NCBI GenBank assembly: GCA_040285745.1
Contig: JAUFOR010000001.1
Span: 1,240,001 to 1,304,000 of the forward strand
Direction of reading: 5' to 3'
DNA: 64,000 bases
DNA from: Barthelona sp. PCE
Lineage: Eukaryota
The first letter of the stretch is position 1. Every line of letters begins with the position of its first letter. The position numbers were made by a program, and so were the translations under genes. The notes below the pieces were generated by a model. The model searched no databases. It was given only the letters and a program-made list of their open reading frames with translations, and was not told where the DNA came from. This document shows positions 31,391 through 42,100 of this stretch, piece by piece.

Positions 31391-31958
31391 GGTTGTAAAA
31401 TAAAGCAAAGATGAAAAGAGATGATTTGTGAAATGCAGAGCTTTTTGTTACAGAAATTGTTTCAAGTTTTTAGTATGATGGACTGTTGTGCTTAGAGATT
31501 TCCATCCCTTTTGGATACTCTCTTAGTATGTATCTATTCTCGGTTATAATGTTTTGCATATATTATCTTATCTTTCATTTTATGTGTTTTACGGTACTTT
31601 CCTATCAATTTCCACCATAAAAAATATTATTTTTGAGCGAAATCATTATTCAAGAAAAGCATCATAAATTGTGGTTCTTTGACCAATAATGATAAGTTGG
31701 AAGGCTGAGAATACCCGAAATATGATCAGCTACGGATTAATATTGCTTAACATTCATTCAAAGAAATAATGATGTAGAGCTCCACTCACAAAGATATATA
31801 TGCCAAAAACGTCTCCAAGTGGGATGATATAACAACCTCTGAAACAAAAACGGATATGGAAGAGAAAGTAAAGCTATTTACTTGTTTTTCAAAATAACTC
31901 CATTTCTCACTTTTGTTTTTGACAAATTATTTAAGGAACCGCAGCATAAACTAGAAAG

Positions 31959-32678
31959 ATGGACGTTGAAGAGATGCAGAAGCTATATGCGTGGGTAGAT
32001 GAAATTCCCTTATCCAGAAAGAAGAAACACATTGCTAAAGACTTTAGTGATGCAGGTATGACCATATTAACATTATTGGGAAAGTTCTAACCTTTAGTAT
32101 TAATGGCGGAAATTTGCAACCATTTATTTCCACGTGTTGTTGATTTACACAACTATTCAGCAGCGCATTCAGTCTCTCAGAAATTGTACAATTGGGCTAC
32201 TTTAACAACAAAGGTATTTAAACGTTTAAACTTTGTTATTGATCAAAGAATTGTTGATGATGCGGCTAAATCAGTGCCGGGTGCTATTGAAGCAATCCTA
32301 TTCCAGTTCCGTAACCACATTATGTCAGAAAGCTTTACGATGCCAGGTTCAAATCCACCTACTTCAAGAAAGAGACGCACACGTACTCCTCGACAAAATA
32401 TCACTGCCGCTGATTCACCCATCAGTAGCTACAAACCACATATCAGGGAAAGAGAACAATTTGATGAATCTCAGCACATGGAGCCTGAACGTGAAGTTAT
32501 TCATGTGAACAATGTTAGTGATGAAGATTTTGAGAAGGCCCTTATTAAGATTGAAGACTTAGAGGAGAAGAATCAGTTAATGCAATTGAAGATTAGAAAG
32601 CTTGAACAATTAGTTCGCTTGAAGGATAGCAGAATTCAAGCTTTGACATCCAAATTACACACCACTGTTGGACAATAG
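31959..32678 (+). CDS. SPEF1: SPEF1/CLAMP calponin-homology flagellar protein; exons 31959..32055 and 32098..32678 (225 aa)
   Basis: The spliced product MDVEEMQKLYAWVDEIPLSRKKKHIAKDFSDAVLMAEICNHLFPRVVDLHNYS..S..QKLYNW.TL..KV matches the SPEF1 CH domain. The C-terminal KIRKLEQLVRLKDSRIQ coiled coil also matches. Confidence 0.93.
32056..32097 (+). other. 42-nt GT-AG spliceosomal intron in SPEF1
   Basis: GTATGA donor with an in-frame TGA, TTCTAAC branch point and CTTTAG acceptor. Removal restores the conserved DFSDAVLMAE. Confidence 0.92.
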
Positions 32679-32763
32679 TAAATATGAGTCAATGTATAAC
32701 ATATTCATTTTGCATTAAAGAGGAAGCCAATCGGAACTGTAAAAATTTTTTTAGACCTTAATA

Positions 32764-33732
32764 ATGGAAGCTGTTTTAAAAGACAGGCCAGGGGCCAGTA
32801 ACACGGCACTTATAGTCGTCACACACGATGGAAAACCTCATTCAGATGATGTACTAGCATGTGCAATTTTAAAATATCTTTTTAACAGGATTTCGGTTAC
32901 ACGAACACGCAGACATACAACGGGCGACATTTTTATCGATGTTGGTGGTATTTACGATGGCGTAAAACATTTTGATCATCATCAAAATTCATTTGACCAA
33001 CGTTGGAGCGATGAATATGCTGAAAAAATGGCATCAGCAGGTCTTATCTGGAAGACCTTCCATAGAGATTATCTTCTAAAGGTTGCAAAAGATCATGGAT
33101 TGGAAGCACTCATTGACTGTGATGCAACTGTAGATCTTCTTGCCAATAAGATTTACAACGATTACGTTTACGCGGTGGATGCAGACGATAACGGATTGTG
33201 CAGATATGAAGGTTTACCAAATGCTTTTGTTGATACAACAACTATCAAATATCGCTTGAATAATTTGATAGCAGGCCCTGTAACACTGGATAAAGCTTAC
33301 ATGACCATGGTTGACAGGATAACGGAAGAATTCGCTCTTTATACTCGTTTTATCATTGCTAAATGGTTAGTTAGTTTGAACAATATACGTCAAGCAATAT
33401 TAGATCGTTTTTCTGTTCATGAATCAGGCCATGTGATAAGGCATGATAGCAATGTACCGTTGGATGTCTTGTATCAACTAGAACGGGATTTGAATGCAGA
33501 GATTTTGTTCATCATGTCGAATAGCAATGATGAATGGCGTTTAAAAACAGTAACAGTCGAAGGAGAAGCGTTTGTGAACAGGAAATCTTTCCCTGAAGAA
33601 TGGGGTGGATTGAGAAATGAAGAACTTTCTGAAATTGCAGAAATTCCTTTGATATTTTGTCATGCAAACGTTTTTCTTGTTGTGTCTGAATCTGAGGAAT
33701 CATTACAACAAGTTCTTGAAGTTGTTTTGTAA
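32764..33732 (+). CDS. MYG1: MYG1 family 3'-5' RNA exonuclease (DHH-like)
   Basis: VTHDGKPHSDDVLAC, DVGGIYD, FDHHQ, ASAGLIW, VDADDNG, RKSFPEEWGGLR and IFCHA. Confidence 0.95.
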   Translation: MEAVLKDRPGASNTALIVVTHDGKPHSDDVLACAILKYLFNRISVTRTRRHTTGDIFIDVGGIYDGVKHFDHHQNSFDQRWSDEYAEKMASAGLIWKTFHRDYLLKVAKDHGLEALIDCDATVDLLANKIYNDYVYAVDADDNGLCRYEGLPNAFVDTTTIKYRLNNLIAGPVTLDKAYMTMVDRITEEFALYTRFIIAKWLVSLNNIRQAILDRFSVHESGHVIRHDSNVPLDVLYQLERDLNAEILFIMSNSNDEWRLKTVTVEGEAFVNRKSFPEEWGGLRNEELSEIAEIPLIFCHANVFLVVSESEESLQQVLEVVL

Positions 33733-33744
33733 AAAAAAAAATCT

Positions 33745-34584
33745 CTATTTACTCATTGCAGATTGCCTATTTTTCAACATAGAACCATACAATTCACTCA
33801 AAAATGCATCCTTTTGAATAGGAGGTTGAGATAAGTGAATTTTTTCTATAACATCTCTTGTTTTTCCAAAATAAATACTTTCAATATAGTCACGCAATTG
33901 TGTTTCATTAGATTCAATTAAAGGACCAATGTTCTCAACATGTGAAAGAATATCTGTAGATTGCTTACGAGTGCGATTAGACTTTGACAACGATCCGCAA
34001 ATGTCAGCCTTACCAATTTGGTTAGTCTCAGCAAATATGTGGACAGTTACTGATGATTCCACCTCGTATGTGTACAAATTAGAACCTTGTGGTTCAATAT
34101 TAACTAGATGGAAAGAATCCCAAAATCCGCCTACATTCTCACCTGCTCCAACAATCTCGTTATGGATTGCAATGGCGCAGAAGATCGTCTGCCCCTGTTT
34201 CCAAACATAGCAGCTTGAGATAGCAGGATTAGATTTACCTGTTCCAAAATATACTCTTGTATAAAACTTAAACGCTGCATTTAACTTGTTTTCAAGTTCT
34301 AATAAATCACCGCTTGGTCTGTAAGCACCCTCATCAACAGCAGGATAATACTGATTGGAATGTGGAGAACGGTAGCTCTGACCATCTCTATTGTACTGTG
34401 TTTTAATGTAACTTTGCCCGCAGGTGGGGTCAACATCAATTTGGTGAGGTGTCTGAACCTGTTCGCTCAACTGTACAGCAAGATCAGGAGCAAGTTGTGA
34501 AATGTTTGTTAAATTAGAGACTATATCAACTGGCGGCATCGTGTTTACCAAATGCAGCGCCTTCTGTAAACGCTTTTCACTCAT
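33745..34584 (-). CDS. CAPZB: F-actin capping protein beta subunit
   Basis: YNRDGQSYRSPHSNQYYP, GAYRPS..LLELE..LN.AF..Y...YF, GFWDSFH, HVENIGPLIE..E..LR and IYFGKTRDV. Confidence 0.95.
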   Translation of the reverse strand: MSEKRLQKALHLVNTMPPVDIVSNLTNISQLAPDLAVQLSEQVQTPHQIDVDPTCGQSYIKTQYNRDGQSYRSPHSNQYYPAVDEGAYRPSGDLLELENKLNAAFKFYTRVYFGTGKSNPAISSCYVWKQGQTIFCAIAIHNEIVGAGENVGGFWDSFHLVNIEPQGSNLYTYEVESSVTVHIFAETNQIGKADICGSLSKSNRTRKQSTDILSHVENIGPLIESNETQLRDYIESIYFGKTRDVIEKIHLSQPPIQKDAFLSELYGSMLKNRQSAMSK

Positions 34585-34641
34585 TTGAAACGTTGAAATG
34601 ATGGAAAGGGTTATATATTAGATTTCAGCCCTTTCCGTTTA

Positions 34642-36429
34642 ATGTTCGCAGACGAGTTGCCGCCAATTGCGAGCTCGTGCGACGTTTTAACGTTTTGCAC
34701 AGAGAACAATCTTAGCGATATTATTAATGATGATTTTTGTACGGGCAAGTGTTTGAAAAACATATCAAAGGCTTTACAATGTGTAAAACACACTTTTTCA
34801 CATGATAATGACAGGGGTGAGTGTTTTAATCCTCTTGGGTTGGCGCTATGCGGATCTTTTTCCAGTAATATTTTTTTAAACCAACATCCTGACTTTGAAA
34901 TAACAATACCGACTACCATACACCATATCAATTCATTTTTCCGTAACAAGAATTTTAAAAAGCACGAAAAAAAGCAATTTATAGCATATTATTTGTATGG
35001 ATTTTTTCATCATTTCACAAAAAAATGTTTTAGAGAGTTTAAACCTACACATACGTTTTTCACCATCTTCCAATTTGGTATATTATCATTTTTTGAAAGC
35101 TTCATTCTCTTGCACTTTACCCAATGTGATGTTGCACAAATATGTTCATTTTTTTCTCAGAATAATTACAATACAGTACGGCGTATATATGAAATTTTTG
35201 ATATATTTTCCGATTTTAACACATCTATATTAAAAGTAAGTCTTAAGAAACAAGACCCTAATATTAATTTGTGGCTTTTACATTTTTCCCAGTCATTTTT
35301 ATCACCAAAACATCCAATTTTTAATTTACTTTCAAAAAACACTTTTAAAAACACTACACACAAGATGCTTATCGAAATATTATTAAAAGCTTCTGCTTAT
35401 CCAAATTTTTTTTCAATTTTCAATATGAACAGTTTTTATTTTCTTTCTCCCTTTGTTAATCGTAAGTTTAGATTACCAATGATAGATAACAAATCATCCA
35501 GCCCAACTGAATTCATCGTTGATGAACTTCTAAGATCATTAAATAACACTAATAATGAAACTACTTTTATAGTTGATAATCCTTTGTTTGAAATTTGTCG
35601 TGATTATGTACGTGATTTGGTCATTGGCGCCTTTCACTCCTCAACTGATGTATCAGATGATTTGAAATCAATTAGAGATTTGATGACACCACTACTGGAT
35701 GATGTAGGACTTGAAAAGATGGATCGCCTAATAGTTGAGTATTTGAATCTTAACAAACAGGATAGCCATATCATTCTGACTGAAGCACTCTGGTTCCCAA
35801 CCCCACATGCTGCTGAACCAAAGATTACCATTGAAAATCTTCAATGTTTAACACAATATCAAGTTAATGCGTTTGACCCTGATTCATATGATTCAGCTGG
35901 TTCCGTTCGTCCATTGTGGTTGAGTGATAGCTCGGATTTAGTGCGTTTCGATATTGACATTGATTTGTCAGAGTTTTACATGGATAATATATCAACTTGC
36001 GTTTCTACATTGGAATTGGCTCTTATAGAGACTGTTCTTAACTCTGAATCAAAACAGATTAAGTGGGAGGAAACTCGTGGCATCTTCCCAAACGTTGATG
36101 TTCCTATTTTGATAGGTGCGTTAAATCATTTAGGAGAAAAAGGAGTTTTTTCTCGTTGGGAAAGCTCTTTCTTTATCGGTAAAGATGACTCGTTCACACC
36201 ATACGTTCCTTCTATTGTTCCTGAGCAAGAGATAAGAGCAAAACGTCTTCTGAAAAATATATTGGGCAGTTTCAAAGAGAGAGTTACCAATCAACTGTAC
36301 CGGATGGTTAATACAAGTGTATCTGGATACTTTAAAACAAGAGACGAGTTTGTATTCTTCCTTAAGGGATTAGAAAATGAAGGATTTTTGATTTTCAATG
36401 ATAACGGCTCAATTTCTTTAATCAAATAA
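34642..36429 (+). CDS. Divergent APC2-like (cullin homology plus winged-helix) subunit of the anaphase-promoting complex
   Basis: IILTEALWFP, R.LW....LVRFDI, VSTLELALI and LN.L.EKGVF resemble the cullin domain. The C-terminal LLKNILGSF...QLYRMV...EFVFFLKGLENEGFL..NG.I.L resembles the APC2 winged-helix domain. Confidence 0.6.
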   Translation: MFADELPPIASSCDVLTFCTENNLSDIINDDFCTGKCLKNISKALQCVKHTFSHDNDRGECFNPLGLALCGSFSSNIFLNQHPDFEITIPTTIHHINSFFRNKNFKKHEKKQFIAYYLYGFFHHFTKKCFREFKPTHTFFTIFQFGILSFFESFILLHFTQCDVAQICSFFSQNNYNTVRRIYEIFDIFSDFNTSILKVSLKKQDPNINLWLLHFSQSFLSPKHPIFNLLSKNTFKNTTHKMLIEILLKASAYPNFFSIFNMNSFYFLSPFVNRKFRLPMIDNKSSSPTEFIVDELLRSLNNTNNETTFIVDNPLFEICRDYVRDLVIGAFHSSTDVSDDLKSIRDLMTPLLDDVGLEKMDRLIVEYLNLNKQDSHIILTEALWFPTPHAAEPKITIENLQCLTQYQVNAFDPDSYDSAGSVRPLWLSDSSDLVRFDIDIDLSEFYMDNISTCVSTLELALIETVLNSESKQIKWEETRGIFPNVDVPILIGALNHLGEKGVFSRWESSFFIGKDDSFTPYVPSIVPEQEIRAKRLLKNILGSFKERVTNQLYRMVNTSVSGYFKTRDEFVFFLKGLENEGFLIFNDNGSISLIK

Positions 36430-36973
36430 GATCATGTTTATTCGTGGTGCGCCCGCTGTACAAATTTTCATAACAGCTGTTTGTATATATCAAATTGAAA
36501 ACGGCGATTGCACAAAAGTTTGCTTGAAATATTTGGCAGCAAGGCAATTTCTGCAGAATTAAAGCACACCGACAGTTTGTTTTTGGACTTTGAAGACAAA
36601 GAAGTATGTGCAAACATAACCATGCAGGGTTTAACGAATTTAGAGTATTCTCATAAGGATATTGATAGTTGCTCTTGTACGGATATTGACAGTTTTAAAC
36701 TCTTGCTATCGCTCATTTTAGTATTTTTAGTATTTTTTATTTATCAAGCAATAAAAAAATTATGACACAGTAATTTGTTATTCCCATTCTTGTTTACTTT
36801 TACCAATTGTACTTGCGGGAATATGTCATTAGGTGTTACCTATGATTCAGAAGCAGAAATGAATTATGCTGAATTAACAAATTTTGTTTCATTATTACAA
36901 CAAGTATGGCGTCTTCAAAAAAGTGTCTTTTTTATGCTAAGGTACTGAGCTATTCATTATTCATCTGGGCATG

Positions 36974-39040
36974 TTAATCTGGCATGTGATACTCAACGAT
37001 GGACGCCTCGGCCAGGAACGATGGAAGGTAGAACGATTCCACTGTTGGATTCATTGATTCCGGGTCTTCCTCAATATTGTAAGTTTTCAGCACCATTGTC
37101 TTGGTCTCTCCTTCGTATGACATGTCTTGAATAACGTTGTTGGGCAGATTTGGATCGTGGCTTATCTTCATGTATGGTATTTTGTAGTTTGTGAAAAAAC
37201 GCGTTTTAATTGCACCATCTTCAACGTATACTTTAATGATACGATTCCTTACGTGTATGTATGAATCTCCCACGAAATTACAGAAACTATCGCCTTCCTC
37301 CGCATAACATGATCCCTCCCAAAGTAGAACAGGCTCTAAGAAGCTTCCTGTTGACCAATCAAGACAGTGTAAATGTTGTGTTGCTATTTCTTCTTCACTG
37401 TGTCCATGTACAACAAACAGCTGATGATCAGGTGTTTCATCCAATGAACGAGGGTTAAAGTAAACATTTACCACATATCTATGTTCAGAAACAATGTGCT
37501 TTTGAACCTCCACCTCAAACTCGTTGACATAGAACCGAAAGAAATGGATTGCTTCATCACATACAATGCACGCTGAATTATCAAAATGTGAACCATGAAC
37601 ACGTCGAACATAAATATACGGTGGAAGATCCAAAAGCAGCTTACTTCCCAAATACACCAAGCCTGCACGATCCTCAAGACGGTCAACATTTAAGGGCAAC
37701 CCAAGAATAAATCCAAAGTGTTCAGAGCCACAATGAGGTAAAATGGTTGTGATTGGCTTAAATTCTGAGCCGGTCCAGCATAATTTGCCATATGCACAAC
37801 CATTTACCTCTGTTAATACAATAAAATCATCTCCTTCATTTAAATGAACTGATATGATCCCCTCTTTGCTAAGTGAATGCGGTTTCCATGGCCCATGTAG
37901 CACAATAAGCTTCCTTTCTTTGAAAAAAAAGTAACATCTTATTGAAGCGTTATGACCATACACTTCCGTTATTCCATCAAAAAAAATTCGTTTTGGTTGA
38001 AGACTGTTCAACCAAAACACCTCATTATCAACTGTTCTGAATTTGATTAGGCCACAACGTCCTGTTATTTCATCAGCACGACAAAAAACACAATCTTCAT
38101 CACAAAAGGAATCATCATTCAAGTCTATATGCTTCCAGCCGTCCCAAATAACTTTCTTAAAATTCATTTCACCCTTTGACATCTTCAATTCACCGTTTTC
38201 GATATGAACTACCACATATCTTGAATAAATGAATATCATTGACAATACATTCTGAGTGAGCGTCAATAATGCAAAATTCGATAATCTGCTAATATTCAAT
38301 CCTTTAAGCTGTGGAAACCTTTCTGTCAAGTTAACTCGGTTCCTTTGACTGTCAAATATTACCAATTCACCATATCTATGACCTTGAAGGACTGAGAAAA
38401 TGCAATCCGAGTTAAAACACCACCTGATGCATCCTGAATAGATTCCATGTAACTGCTCAATATCAGGTTCATGTGCCTCGTCCATGTCATCTGCAGAAAA
38501 ATTGTAATGCCATATGGTATCATCTTGGCATTTCCTCAACAAAATGTAGTTTGAATTGATGTTTGATTGAGAGTCATAATCTCCAAGACATCTATATTCC
38601 TCGGTTAGCACATTTAATATGTAGCACAGAATCACTTGTCTGTTATTAACGGTATCACTAATGGTGAATAGTAGGTGGTTTTCATCCATCGGAAATATTC
38701 TGCTGCATTGCCTCATAAAGTTGTTCATCTCAAATGGGAAGGGTATTCTCCTTCTTGTATGTTCATCACTCATGATATGATCAAATAATAAGATATCAAG
38801 ATGAGCTAAAAAGTTACTATCATCAAAAAGCTTTCTGATGATCATGTAAGATTCTCCAGCTCTTTCCTTGTATGTGTACTTAAGAGGCTCACCCGTACCC
38901 TCCACATACCCAACAAAGTCCTTGCCTTCAATGGCGCTTTCAATGAGGCTGATTTCGGTTATTTCTCTTGACTTAAGCAATACTACGCCCTCTCCCTCAA
39001 ATATCATCTGCCCATCAGCAATAATCCAACATCTCACCAA
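36974..39040 (-). CDS. Orphan beta-rich protein, ~680 aa (probable distant family member); start uncertain
   Basis: 2-kb ORF with VYFNP, FCNFVGD and C-terminal LPSFLAEA echoing the other orphans. The first in-frame ATG is at 39007 and an out-of-frame ATG lies at 39056. Confidence 0.75.
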   Translation of the reverse strand: MVRCWIIADGQMIFEGEGVVLLKSREITEISLIESAIEGKDFVGYVEGTGEPLKYTYKERAGESYMIIRKLFDDSNFLAHLDILLFDHIMSDEHTRRRIPFPFEMNNFMRQCSRIFPMDENHLLFTISDTVNNRQVILCYILNVLTEEYRCLGDYDSQSNINSNYILLRKCQDDTIWHYNFSADDMDEAHEPDIEQLHGIYSGCIRWCFNSDCIFSVLQGHRYGELVIFDSQRNRVNLTERFPQLKGLNISRLSNFALLTLTQNVLSMIFIYSRYVVVHIENGELKMSKGEMNFKKVIWDGWKHIDLNDDSFCDEDCVFCRADEITGRCGLIKFRTVDNEVFWLNSLQPKRIFFDGITEVYGHNASIRCYFFFKERKLIVLHGPWKPHSLSKEGIISVHLNEGDDFIVLTEVNGCAYGKLCWTGSEFKPITTILPHCGSEHFGFILGLPLNVDRLEDRAGLVYLGSKLLLDLPPYIYVRRVHGSHFDNSACIVCDEAIHFFRFYVNEFEVEVQKHIVSEHRYVVNVYFNPRSLDETPDHQLFVVHGHSEEEIATQHLHCLDWSTGSFLEPVLLWEGSCYAEEGDSFCNFVGDSYIHVRNRIIKVYVEDGAIKTRFFTNYKIPYMKISHDPNLPNNVIQDMSYEGETKTMVLKTYNIEEDPESMNPTVESFYLPSFLAEASIVEYHMPD

Positions 39041-39100
39041 CCAATATTTTTCTCATAACGTTAAACAAAAGCCTGAATATAATACAGTTAACTGATTGAT

Positions 39101-42100
39101 TTATTGTGGAATAGTAAGACTCTCATTTTTAGATTCTCTGATATCATTACGAACTTGCAACAGATCATACTCATTTAAAAACTCATCAACGTGCTCAGCA
39201 TTAGGGTATGAATACAAAAGTGTTAAAAATTCTTCTCGTACTGCTTTTCCTTTTTGGATCAAATTTTGATGGAATAAATAAAGTTTTAATGCATATAAAG
39301 CATCAACATAAGAATCATGTGTTTCAGATTGTATCTCAATATCAAAAACCATCTTTGTAAGTTTACGTAATGATAATCGAGAAGATCCTCGCTTTCTTTT
39401 ATAAAGCAATGACGTGTCAATCTGTTGATCTGATGGGATCAGTAGGTTCAATGTACGCCAGTCTTGATCAAGACCATGACCAACAAATATTACTCCAATA
39501 TCAACAAGTGTCTTCATCAAGAATATCACAGAACGTAGTGTAACAAGATGATACGAGGATGATGTGCGTGACAGATCACCCTTCCTAAGCCCAGAGTACC
39601 TGGTTAAATGATCTTTAACAGGTTCATCAACTGCTATACAGCAGTCAAAAAACGGGTCTCCACAACCCCATGTGGACAAACCACTACGCTCCTCGTCATC
39701 AACCACAAACACGTCATCAGATGGTTTGAGGCCTCGTAGAAGTGTTACACGACCCGGGAAGAAATCAAACGGTTGTGATATCTTTCTTTGACCACTTTTA
39801 TCCAAAAAGGCTACTTCTAATGAAAGAGCAACAAATTCGGCATCAAATGCAACGATATCGCCCTTCCTGGGGCATTCTGCTGGTGTTAATTCATTGAATA
39901 ATGATAGAGGACTCTTAAAAAAATTGTTACTGCTAGGTAAAATTTTCAGTTTCATGCCCCTCTTGCGAAAACCAACTTTACGAATAGAAATCGACTTGCC
40001 CAAAAGTCGTGCACTGCTACCTGCTTCCTGTGCCTGGCCTTGTTCAATATCCACAGATCTGGATCCAAAAACTGAAAACTTTGAAAGTGATGGTGGAGTT
40101 TTTAAAAACATAAAATCTGAAAACTTGGGTGTTTCCATCGGTGCTTCTCTAAAGAAGTGTTCATGTGTGTAAAAGCAAGCAAGTGGCTTGCAAAAAACAC
40201 CAAAATCTTTAACAAAATCATCGAAAATAACGGGAATAATGTGAGAATCATTAAATACAATCCAAGCACTACCATCATCAAGAAGAAAATTCTGTCCGAC
40301 ACTTTGATATCTGTCACCTCGTTGTTGAACGACATTTTGAAGAGATTCTGCAGAAACCCTAACTAATGCAACACAATTATCAAGATCATCATCTGCATTA
40401 ACTAGTAAAACGATAGACGATAGTATATACCGAACTGTCCCGTCCATAGGGTTCAAAGAACATTTGAAGGGTGAAACAAACAGATATAAAGGTAAATCTC
40501 TCAAAGAAGGAGGTTCATCAAAATGAAAGAAAATTGATGACCCTAATTTGATGTTCCTAATTGATAAAAGTGATTGGCGCGAGCAATTACATCGATTACA
40601 AAAGATTAACGAACGTTCATCTCTGGTCAACTCATGCATGACTGTACTAACCATTTGTCCACCCAACAATTCTCCTGATTTGACTTGAGGAATACGTTGT
40701 GCGGTTATGACTCTGCTACGTTTGGTCTCGTGTTGACATGAAAGACATGAGGTAGTTCTCTGTTGTAACATTCCACAAGCACCTAAGAATTCACTATGAG
40801 TAGTTTCTGATCGAACCTTAAACTTATCCTCAAATTCTAACACTTCTGCATGTAAAGACTTGATGAGATGAGGAATACAAATACGCACTCTACTATCAAG
40901 CTTTTCATTACTTTGTATCTCAGGTGTATCCAAAAAAGGACCTACTTTATCACACTGAACATACTTATTTCGAACAACTCTGAGGAAGTTACTGGCAGTG
41001 AAACGATTAACATCAGCAGTACTTAATTGTCTGAATAATAAACAAAGTTCTGTTACCAAAGATGTTTCACTCGGTGAATAGTACTTGGTTAAAATATTGC
41101 GAATGGTAACATTATGAAACATTATCTGCAAAAAAGCATTGAACGTACGACAGTTGAGTAATCCATTCTCAAGACAAACTATACTTAAATCATTGGGATA
41201 TTTTGGTGAATCAGTGAATCTACGGTTCGGTACATTGAGGTGGAGGTCATGATACGCTATACACTCAGGGAGCAATGCTCGATCAGCATTGGTTGATTTG
41301 ATTGGTGATATATCCTTGCAGAAAGAAAAATGATTAACATTCCGAACTGGGGTTAGCGGACGGACCATTGTTGAAAAACTCATTTTTTCCTTCGAAAAAG
41401 GTTTCTCTGTGAATGCCATGCTGTACGTATTAAACAGAGGAAGAGTACGTGAAGACATAACTGAACTACCACCATGAATCAATTTAAGCTTTGAAGGGGT
41501 GATAATATGGGTGACACCAGTTTCCAATTCGCACACATCTTGGTGTGAATGAACATACTGACTTGCAACAGGGCATTTCTTGCTTAATAATAGCGTGAGT
41601 TCCTTCTTTGAACATAGAATAATTCGATCACTTGTAGCAGAAGCACAACAGCACTCCAATGACATGCTGTCACACACAAAAAGTTCCTTACGATGGTGCT
41701 TACGAATACCTAACGCCACAAACTCGACAGTACTTTGAACTATATAGACACCATGTTGTGTTGCACACATGAAAGGAGTCTGCTGGGTTGTCAGGTTATG
41801 TGACCAAAGATGACGTAATGATTCATAAGAATAAATTTCAACATGACTAGTATTCAATTTTGTAATAAACACAACAGAATGAGCAATACATATACGAATA
41901 ACATCTTTCATTAACAAGTGTTGATGATCTCCTTCACCCTTACTAATGACTAAAAAACCTTTGTTATCATCATTACTTTCTTGAGAGAAAAAACAAATTG
42001 TAACATCATCTCGATGATCAATAGTAACTGAATTTGCTAATGTGTTACGGTTATTAAAATACAGATGAAACCAAACCATCCTGATGACGTTGGATAGCTG

